DNA of 64,000 bases from a virus: IMG/VR virus record IMGVR_UViG_3300025812_000003. One strand, written 5' to 3'. This document shows positions 38,826 through 45,090 of this stretch, piece after piece; positions within the stretch are counted from its first letter, which is position 1; every line of letters starts with the position of its first letter. Position numbers and translations under genes: made by a program. The notes beneath the pieces are model-generated. The model was not told the origin of the DNA and searched no databases. It saw only the letters and a program-made list of their open reading frames with translations.

Positions 38826-39388
38826 GCGTGGGTTTTTGGGGATGTTCCTGGCAATTCCAGCCGCCGTGATGGCGGCGGGCACGCTGCCTTTCGACAATGG
38901 GCCCTGGCCCGCGCCGACCGTGCCGGTCCCCTACCTCCCGCTGTACAGTTGCCCGACGATAAGCCTCCAGAGGATGCGGGACATGAGGATTCTGCGGTAT
39001 TGCGTCAACGACGCCAAACTCGCAGTGCTGAGGGAACATTGGCCGATGAAGATGAGAACGGAGGGGGAGAATGCGATACCATGACCCGGAAAAGGACTCG
39101 CTGGAATACCGGCAAAGGCACCGCCTGAACAAGGAGACCGAAATCCGCAGGGCCAGGAACCGCTCCAAGAATAAAATGCAGAAGGCGTCGCGAAGGCACA
39201 ATCGGAGACGGTAGAGGAAGGCGGGAATGGGCGGCCATAGATTTCAAAGGAAGGCGCACGCCGACTATGCCATCGCGGCCTACGGGTCGGAGCTTGCCGG
39301 GGACATCCTGAACTGCGAAGTCTGCGGCAGGCCGTACGAGGAGCACGACCACGGAGACGTGGAAACCAAGGACAAGGGGGGAAAGGCA

Positions 39389-39667
39389 ATGAAAAGGGAA
39401 GAAGCATTGAAGCTGATCGACAGGGAGCGGGAGGCCCAGGATAGGGAATGGCCGAGGGACGCATACAGGAGGCAGCTCTACTCCACCATCCCCCCGCACA
39501 TCCTCCTGCTGGAGGAGCAGGTAGCGAAGCTCCGGTCCGACTGGTACAGGTCCGAGCGGGAGGACTGCCTGGACCGCATCGTCAAGACGGCGGCAATCGC
39601 CCTCCGGGCGCTGGAGGAGATAGTCCCGGAGGGGTGCCCCGTCCCGGACAGCGAGAAGGCGGCATGA
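39389..39667 (+). CDS. small helical (MazG-like?) protein
   Basis: IDREREAQD..W...LLEE...VKTAAIA. Confidence 0.5.
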   Translation: MKREEALKLIDREREAQDREWPRDAYRRQLYSTIPPHILLLEEQVAKLRSDWYRSEREDCLDRIVKTAAIALRALEEIVPEGCPVPDSEKAA

Positions 39668-39721
39668 CGACGCTTGCCAACGACGAGGACGTCCAGTTCA
39701 GCGACAAGCTGGTCTAGCCGA

Positions 39722-39766
39722 AAAAGATTTCCTTGAATTTTTCGCCTACGGGAGGTATTATATGGA
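39722..39766 (+). promoter_or_regulatory. sigma70-type promoter of tRNA array 2
   Basis: TTGAAT(39733)-17nt-TATTAT(39756); near copy of 17103-17147. Confidence 0.85.
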
Positions 39767-39974
39767 TGGCAGGAGGAATCCTGGCCAGTACCAGTCCATA
39801 CGGGTTCGCATCGGGCGATGGTTTCCCGCGAGTCGCCGGGGTCGAAGCTAGGAGTGGGCGGCCCGGTAGGGCCGTGAAAGCGGCCCGCATCAAAACTTCG
39901 ACTATGAGACTGGTATTTAGACGGTGGAGATGCCGGACGAAAGAGTTACCCGGTCGACCGTCGAAGAGAGCGAA

Positions 39975-40070
39975 ATGCGAAACAGGAAACCCAATCCGAT
40001 GCAGTGGCAGCCCAAGCGGAACCATTTCCGCCCGGGCTACGGTGGGCCTCCTTTCGCAGGCAGCGCGTAG
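39975..40070 (+). CDS. putative attenuator leader peptide (R/N/K/P/M/Q/W/H/F)
   Basis: MRNRKPNPMQWQPKRNHFRPGYGGPPFAGSA*; first 20 codons use only amino acids of the downstream tRNAs. Confidence 0.75.
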   Translation: MRNRKPNPMQWQPKRNHFRPGYGGPPFAGSA

Positions 40071-40095
40071 GAAGCGCAAAGCGAACAGAGATTTG

Positions 40096-40133
40096 AGGCC
40101 CGCCGGGAGGATTTCGGCGGGCCTTTTGCTTTT
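40096..40133 (+). terminator. intrinsic terminator (attenuator) before tRNA array 2
   Basis: AGGCCCGCCG-9nt-CGGCGGGCCT then TTTGCTTTT. Confidence 0.85.
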
Positions 40134-40260
40134 GGGCGGGATAGATGGGAGGCGGTGAGCAGGATAGGCTGGGGCGACCCAAGCACTGCGGGCCTCCCGA
40201 ACGGCGTGAAGTCCCCGCTCCAGGATTAAGACGCCCCGAAGGAAGGACGGGGCGCAGGAT

Positions 40261-40335
40261 GTGGCCGAACCCAAACGGCGCGGGGGCTGGCTGTGAACCA
40301 GCTTCTAGTCGGTTCGACTCCGACCGGTCACCCCA
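40261..40335 (+). tRNA. tRNA-His(GTG), G-1 not encoded
   Basis: GCTGG-CTGTGAA-CCAGC; C73; base -1 is T. Confidence 0.9.
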
Positions 40336-40340
40336 GTGGG

Positions 40341-40460
40341 GGGATCAACAGGGTCAGGGCGGTTAAAGTGAGCCGCGCTCCAGACGTGGGCCGGTGCCCA
40401 CGGGCAGCAGGAGCCGCCCATCCTTGCGGGACGCGGGTTAACCTGCACTCGGTTGATCCC
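40341..40460 (+). ncRNA. unassigned structured RNA
   Basis: 9-bp closing stem GGGATCAAC/GTTGATCCC with internal hairpins. Confidence 0.5.
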
Positions 40461-40594
40461 AGGAATTGCGGCGGAAAGTTGCTGGCAAGTCGATCCAGGC
40501 TGGGCGGGGACCTAAAAAGTACCCGGGAGTCATGACCCGGAGAAACCCAGGCCGCCCCGGATATCGTGACCAGTGGACGCCGCCCTTAGATTGA

Positions 40595-40670
40595 GGTCCC
40601 GTCGTCCAAATGGAGAGGGCATAGCCCTCCGAAGGCTAGAATCCCGGTCCGAGTCCGGGCGGGACCTCCA
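40595..40670 (+). tRNA. tRNA-Arg(CCG), C55
   Basis: TAGCC-CTCCGAA-GGCTA; T-loop TCCGAGT; CCA. Confidence 0.83.
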
Positions 40671-40690
40671 GGATTGAAGGAGGATGATTC

Positions 40691-40765
40691 GCTCCCATAG
40701 CTCAGCGAAAGAGCGCTCGCCTTCGAAGCGAGGGGACGCAGGTCAAAGTCCTGCTGGGAGCACCA
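40691..40765 (+). tRNA. tRNA-Arg(TCG)
   Basis: CTCGC-CTTCGAA-GCGAG; atypical T-loop TCAAAGT. Confidence 0.83.
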
Positions 40766-40781
40766 AAATTGAATGGGTTGT

Positions 40782-40860
40782 GCCCCCGTAGCTCAGCCCG
40801 GACCAGAGCGCTCCGCTACGAACGGAGAGGTCGTGGGTTCAAATCCGACCGGGGGTACCA
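40782..40860 (+). tRNA. tRNA-Arg(ACG)
   Basis: CTCCG-CTACGAA-CGGAG, CCA. Confidence 0.92.
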
Positions 40861-40943
40861 GTTCTTGGCGGATGGCCACGCCATCGATCCTGCCTGGGGG
40901 CAGGGGAGGCGACTGGCCGGTTGGTTCCGCCGGAACGCATTGC

Positions 40944-41017
40944 TGGCATGTCATCCAACGGTAGGATGCCCGGCCGTTACCCGGAGAATGGGGGTCCGAC
41001 TCCCTCCGTGCCAGCCA
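40944..41017 (+). tRNA. tRNA-Asn(GTT), C33/C55 variant
   Basis: Loop CCGTTAC; T-loop TCCGACT; G73. Confidence 0.8.
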
Positions 41018-41046
41018 AGGATTGGAAGAGGAGGAAGGCTCAGCGT

Positions 41047-41121
41047 TCCTGGGTAGCTCAACGGTAGAGCATACGGCTGTTAACCGTAGCGTTGGGGGTT
41101 CGATTCCCTCCCCAGGAGCCA
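41047..41121 (+). tRNA. tRNA-Asn(GTT)
   Basis: TACGG-CTGTTAA-CCGTA, canonical. Confidence 0.93.
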
Positions 41122-41229
41122 AAAATCGAAAGGCAATGTTGGCGCGAAAAGGGAGGCGAGCACGCCTCGCCCGGTCCTCGAAGCTCCGGGGCGAATGTCC
41201 GTGGAAGCCGGGCTGCGCCAGCTAGGTTC

Positions 41230-41308
41230 GGAGTCGTAACTCAAACGGGTCAAGAGTAGCCGCCTTTTAAGCGGAAGGCTGCGGGCCCCCAATCCGCCGA
41301 CTCCACCA
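41230..41308 (+). tRNA. tRNA-Lys(TTT), aberrant T-loop
   Basis: Loop CTTTTAA; T-loop CCCCCAA; CCA. Confidence 0.75.
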
Positions 41309-41319
41309 AGTTTCGACGT

Positions 41320-41395
41320 GCGCTCGTAGCTCAACTGGCAGAGCAGCGGCCTCTTAAGCCGAAGGTTGCAGGATCGTCCCCTGTCGGGCGCACCA
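41320..41395 (+). tRNA. tRNA-Lys(CTT)
   Basis: Loop CTCTTAA; T-loop ATCGTCC; CCA. Confidence 0.85.
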
Positions 41396-41401
41396 GGATT
41401 T

Positions 41402-41478
41402 GCCTCCTAAGCCGATGCGGTGCATGGCGTTCGCCTGAAGAGCGAGAGAACCCCGTTCGACTCGGGGAGGGGGCACCA
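41402..41478 (+). tRNA. tRNA-Phe(GAA)
   Basis: TTCGC-CTGAAGA-GCGAG, CCA. Confidence 0.88.
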
Positions 41479-41482
41479 GGAT

Positions 41483-41564
41483 TGCAGGGGAGTGGATCGG
41501 ATACGGAGACCACGCCAGCCCCATAAGCTGGAAATTGCGGGTTCGACTCCCGTCTCTGCTACCA
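41483..41564 (+). tRNA. tRNA-Met(CAT), 1:72 mismatch, C33
   Basis: CCAGC-CCCATAA-GCTGG, CCA. Confidence 0.78.
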
Positions 41565-41577
41565 ATTGAGGGATTGC

Positions 41578-41654
41578 AGCGGGGTGGAGCAGCCAGGTAG
41601 CTCGGAAGGCTCATAACCTTCAGGTCGGCGGTTCAAATCCGCCCCCCGCAACCA
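41578..41654 (+). tRNA. tRNA-Met(CAT), initiator-like
   Basis: A1:A72 mismatch, fMet-like D arm, loop CTCATAA. Confidence 0.88.
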
Positions 41655-41658
41655 TTTT

Positions 41659-41736
41659 GGCGGAGTAGACTGGAGACGGTCCCAGCACGGCCTCATAACC
41701 CGTTCTACGTGGGTTCGATTCCCACCTTCGCCACCA
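41659..41736 (+). tRNA. tRNA-Met(CAT) (elongator Met or Ile2 not distinguishable here)
   Basis: Loop CTCATAA, CCA. Confidence 0.8.
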
Positions 41737-41790
41737 GATATTTTGTGCGACGAAACCCCCCCGGGAAGGGGGTTTCGCTACAGGGAATGT

Positions 41791-41867
41791 CAGGGCGTAG
41801 CTTAGCTTGGTAAAGCGCTAGCTTGGGGTGCTAGAGATCGAAGGTTCAAATCCTTTCGCCCTGACCA
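41791..41867 (+). tRNA. tRNA-Pro(GGG)
   Basis: CTAGC-TTGGGGT-GCTAG; C1:G72, A73. Confidence 0.93.
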
Positions 41868-41928
41868 TAAATGCCCCGGACACGGGAAGTCCAGCGGAGG
41901 ACAACCGCTCCCGGCCGGGACCAGATTG

Positions 41929-42002
41929 CGGGGAGTAGCTGGAAGGTCGAGCTTACGCTTTGGGAGCGTATGACCCGGGTTCGATTCCCGGCTCCCCGAC
42001 CA
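41929..42002 (+). tRNA. tRNA-Pro(TGG)
   Basis: TACGC-TTTGGGA-GCGTA, CCA. Confidence 0.9.
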
Positions 42003-42009
42003 GATTTGT

Positions 42010-42088
42010 CAGGGTGTAGCTCAGCCTGGTCCAGAGCGCACGCCTCGGGCGCGTGAGGTCGGGGGTTCGAATCCCTCCATCCTGACCA
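42010..42088 (+). tRNA. tRNA-Pro(CGG)
   Basis: CACGC-CTCGGGC-GCGTG, CCA. Confidence 0.92.
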
Positions 42089-42093
42089 AGTTT

Positions 42094-42182
42094 GGATGTG
42101 CTAGAACGTAGGGTTCGACTCCCGGGGCCACCGGTCCCTTCGGGGAAAGGGTTCGACTCCCGAGGCCAATGGCGGCACATCC
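42094..42182 (+). ncRNA. structured RNA with two tandem T-arm+CCA motifs
   Basis: Closing stem GGATGTGCT/GGCACATCC; AGGGTTCGACTCCCG(G/A)GGCCA x2. Confidence 0.55.
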
Positions 42183-42221
42183 GTTTTGCGAGAGAAAAGG
42201 TAGCCACCTTTTCTCTCGTGT

Positions 42222-42296
42222 TCCGAGGTCGTCTAATTGGTAGGACGGGTGATTCTGAATCATCAAATCGGGGTTCGAGTCCCTGCTTCGGAACCA
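42222..42296 (+). tRNA. tRNA-Gln(CTG)
   Basis: GGTGA-TTCTGAA-TCATC, CCA. Confidence 0.9.
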
Positions 42297-42375
42297 AAGA
42301 TTGAATGGATGCCCCAGCCTCAAAACTCCGGGCATTGATGGCAGCGGCCACGGAGGGGCTGGCGGGGCATCCGCA

Positions 42376-42494
42376 AGGATAGGCCGGAGACGCGGGTCCG
42401 AATCCCGCCGGGCAGAACGCATGGAGCAGTCCTTCTCTTCAGGCAGAAAAACTCCCAGCGGCCTGTCGTCTAGTGGTTAGGACACCGGCATTCT
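42376..42494 (+). ncRNA. circularly permuted tRNA-like (YrlA/Y-RNA-like) unit A
   Basis: T-arm precedes closed acceptor-like stem and D-arm; ends pair GCCGG/CCGGC. Confidence 0.6.
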
Positions 42495-42637
42495 CAAACC
42501 TGGAGATGCGGGTTCGAGTCCCGTCGTCCTCCTTTGTCCCTGCCGAATCGGCCGATAAGACGGGGGCTGCCCGACATAGCCCTAATGGTAGCTGGGCAGG
42601 GGGGGCGTCGTCCAATGGTAGGACGCCAGAGCGTTTG
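42495..42637 (+). ncRNA. circularly permuted tRNA-like (YrlA/Y-RNA-like) unit B
   Basis: CAAAC-CTGG...T-arm...CGTCCTCC/GGGGGGCG...D-arm...CCAG-agc-GTTTG. Confidence 0.65.
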
Positions 42638-42638
42638 C

Positions 42639-42727
42639 AGGTGAGTGGCCCAGCGGCGACGGCACTGGTCTCCAAAACCAGCGGGCTTACATGCCCTTCG
42701 GGGGTTCGAGTCCCTCCTCACCTGCCA
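42639..42727 (+). tRNA. tRNA-Trp(CCA) with long variable arm
   Basis: CTGGT-CTCCAAA-ACCAG; V-arm GGGC-TTACAT-GCCC; A1:U72, G73. Confidence 0.85.
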
Positions 42728-42804
42728 GATTTCGCAGTATTATGCGTGCGAGGACTCGAACCCCCCGCCCGCCCAAGGCGCGGCGAATGGCCACGGAGGG
42801 AAAC

Positions 42805-43005
42805 ATGAAAGTCGGCGACTTGGTGACACTAAAGAGCGAGCACATAGGCATGACGGTAACAAAGGTGACCTCGAAGGACACGGGGACCCTGACACCGGAG
42901 AGCATCATCACGGTCGTATGGCTCAACCCCTGCACCGGGGCAATCGAGGAGGCGAGCCTTCCCGAACCCTGCTTCGACCTCCTGCCTGCCCAGGGCGATC
43001 ATTAG
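42805..43005 (+). CDS. YodC/DUF2158-like small protein
   Basis: MKVGDLVTLKS..GMTV...VVW. Confidence 0.55.
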   Translation: MKVGDLVTLKSEHIGMTVTKVTSKDTGTLTPESIITVVWLNPCTGAIEEASLPEPCFDLLPAQGDH

Positions 43006-43013
43006 GAGGTACA

Positions 43014-43214
43014 ATGTTGGACCTGAAAGACATGGCGGAGGCGTTTGACGAGGTCCAGCGGTTCCCCCTCGATCCGAAGGTCATGATAGTGGGCAGGGAG
43101 GTATGGGACAGCCTGCCCGAGGGCGAAGCCAAGGTCGTGGAATTCGACGGGTTCAGGCACCTAGCGGTCGAGCACGGCGGGACCCTGTACCTCCATCCCA
43201 TCTCGGAGATTTAG
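43014..43214 (+). CDS. small hypothetical protein
   Basis: AGGAGG SD. Confidence 0.55.
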   Translation: MLDLKDMAEAFDEVQRFPLDPKVMIVGREVWDSLPEGEAKVVEFDGFRHLAVEHGGTLYLHPISEI

Positions 43215-43425
43215 GATTGGCCTCCCCGCCCCCGGAAAGCCCCCGCCGAAACGGCGGCCTCCAACATTTTCTGGAAGTGCCGGGGCTCCCGAGGTATTAT
43301 GTAGGTGCCGCCCCCGCTCTGCCTAAGCCGCGGCAAGCTGGCAATTGGCGTGGCGATGTCTCAAGGGCGTGGCCAGCGGGGGCGGTCGATAAACGGCTTT
43401 TCGTCCCCTTAGAAGGGGGGATTCC

Positions 43426-43974
43426 ATGAGCGACGTTCTCGTTCTCGACATGAATTGGACGCCGGTCGGCTTCATGAGCTGGCAGAACGCCGTGAAGCTG
43501 TGGTACGAGGACCGCGCCAAGATCGTCAAGGAGGACGAGGGCGGCAGGGTCCTGCATTCCCAGTCCTTCGAGATGGGCATGCCCCGGGTCATCGTCGTCC
43601 GCAATGCCTGGACGCGGCGGAAGAGGCTGTCGGTGCCCTGCACGAGGCGGAACCTGCTGGTCAGGGACAACGCCGAGTGCCAGTACTGCGGCAGGGTCGT
43701 CAGGACGCACGAGTACACGAACGACCACGTGGTGCCCCTGTGCCAGGGGGGCAAGTCGGACTGGGAGAACCTCGTCACCGCCTGCATGCGCTGCAACAAG
43801 CAGAAGGGCGGCAGGACGCCCGCGCAGGCGGGCATGAGGCTGCTCTCCAGGCCGGTGGCCCCGAAGGCCACGGACCCCCGCTTCAACTTCAAGCTGCACA
43901 TACGCAGGATGCGGCCGGAATGGAAAGAGTGGGAGGGATGGCTATATTGGAACGCCGTCATCGACAAGGAATAG
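43426..43974 (+). CDS. HNH endonuclease (McrA-like)
   Basis: RDNAECQYCG...DHVVP..QGG..WENLVTACMRCN..KG. Confidence 0.9.
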   Translation: MSDVLVLDMNWTPVGFMSWQNAVKLWYEDRAKIVKEDEGGRVLHSQSFEMGMPRVIVVRNAWTRRKRLSVPCTRRNLLVRDNAECQYCGRVVRTHEYTNDHVVPLCQGGKSDWENLVTACMRCNKQKGGRTPAQAGMRLLSRPVAPKATDPRFNFKLHIRRMRPEWKEWEGWLYWNAVIDKE

Positions 43975-44165
43975 CGACATATGCTAAGATGGCTGCAACA
44001 TTTTCTTTTCGTGCTCCCCTATAGGCTGACTGGCAGCTACCCGACCTTGACGAGGCGGCAGAGGGTTGGGCTTGGAGAGCAACGATGGTGCTTGCGCGGG
44101 GACGCGTTCAATGATTATTCAAGGAGGGGTGAGCCATCCATCCTTCTCGTTTTTCAAAGGGTTAG

Positions 44166-44243
44166 GCCCCTGTAGCTCAGCGAAACCAGAGCGTCCGGCC
44201 TCTACCCGGAGGGTCGCGGGTTCGAATCCCGCCAGGGGTCCCA
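44166..44243 (+). tRNA. tRNA-Arg(TCT), C33, C73
   Basis: TCCGG-CCTCTAC-CCGGA, CCA. Confidence 0.82.
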
Positions 44244-44249
44244 GGTTGT

Positions 44250-44399
44250 ACCGGCGTAGCTCAGCCAGGTGGGGCAAAGCTCCGGGCGCTATATGCGACC
44301 CGCAAGGGCACGCAACGGCGGCGTCAGGGGCTCCCAGCACTCAGAGCGCTCGGTTTCTAACCGAGGGGCCGCGTGGTTCGAATCCCGCCGCCGGTGCCA
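44250..44399 (+). tRNA. tRNA-Arg(TCT) with ~75-nt hairpin insert in D-loop
   Basis: ACCGGCG/CGCCGGT acceptor, GCTC/GAGC D-stem around insert, CTCGG-TTTCTAA-CCGAG. Confidence 0.75.
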
Positions 44400-44405
44400 A
44401 GTTTC

Positions 44406-44482
44406 GGGCCTGTAGCTCAGATGGACGGAGCAGCGGTTTCCTAAACCGCAGGTCGGGAGTTCGAGCCTCCCCAGGCCTACCA
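44406..44482 (+). tRNA. tRNA-Arg(CCT)
   Basis: GCGGT-TTCCTAA-ACCGC, CCA. Confidence 0.9.
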
Positions 44483-44500
44483 TTTTTCCGAGGAGGATCC

Positions 44501-44818
44501 ATGCAGGTCGTCCCCATCCCGGAAGGCACGGTCGAGTACGACGGGAAGGTCTACCGGAGCCAGCCCTGGAGGGGCGGGTTCAACGCCCTGGTGCTCGTAG
44601 GGAACCTGGCTGCCGTAAAGGGCGAGGACGGGAAGCCCACGGGGGACAGGACCTTCGTGCCGCTGGCGAAGGCCGAGGAGGCCGCAGACCCCCGCAGGGC
44701 GGCGCAGAAGGCATTCCAGAGGGCGGCGCAGAAGGCGACCAAGGCCGCCGCAAGGCCCTCCGAAAAGAAGGCAGAAAAAAAGCCCGCCGACAAGCGGGCC
44801 CCGGAGAAAAAGAAGTAG
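44501..44818 (+). CDS. hypothetical protein with K/A-rich tail
   Basis: GAGGAGG SD. Confidence 0.6.
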   Translation: MQVVPIPEGTVEYDGKVYRSQPWRGGFNALVLVGNLAAVKGEDGKPTGDRTFVPLAKAEEAADPRRAAQKAFQRAAQKATKAAARPSEKKAEKKPADKRAPEKKK

Positions 44819-44937
44819 GAGGGAGCCGTGTGGGTCGATTCCGACGAGGACAATAACAGGAGAGGGCCTACCTGGTTCGAGGCCGCAATCATTTTGACGG
44901 CAACAGCCATCCTGCTTTTTCTTTGTTGGCAGGTTAC

Positions 44938-45012
44938 GCCCCCGTAGCTCAGTGACAGAGCGTCTCCCTCCTAAGGAGAAGGTCGTGGGTCAGATTCCCA
45001 CCGGGGGTTCCA
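44938..45012 (+). tRNA. tRNA-Arg(CCT), variant T-loop
   Basis: TCTCC-CTCCTAA-GGAGA; T-loop TCAGATT. Confidence 0.82.
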
Positions 45013-45090
45013 GGTTCGAGGAAAAGGAGGACGGCTTCATGGCAACCATGCCCCATGCCGGGTGAAGAGACCGGCGGAAGGAAGGTAGCC

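Noticed and set aside
39733-40158. 141-aa ORF across the array-2 leader
   Set aside because: It starts inside the -35 box and crosses the terminator; its composition is not gene-like
41873-41923. Short ACCA-ending minihelix between Pro tRNAs
   Set aside because: Too short and ambiguous to separate from a spacer hairpin or tRNA remnant
42459-42535. Conventional tRNA-Glu(CTC)
   Set aside because: Acceptor and anticodon stems do not pair and there is no CCA; the halves pair with flanking halves instead
44166-44399. Possible amber suppressor tRNAs (loops contain TCTA)
   Set aside because: Stem pairing centres TCT in 7-nt loops, so both are Arg; no CUA tRNA is present in the window
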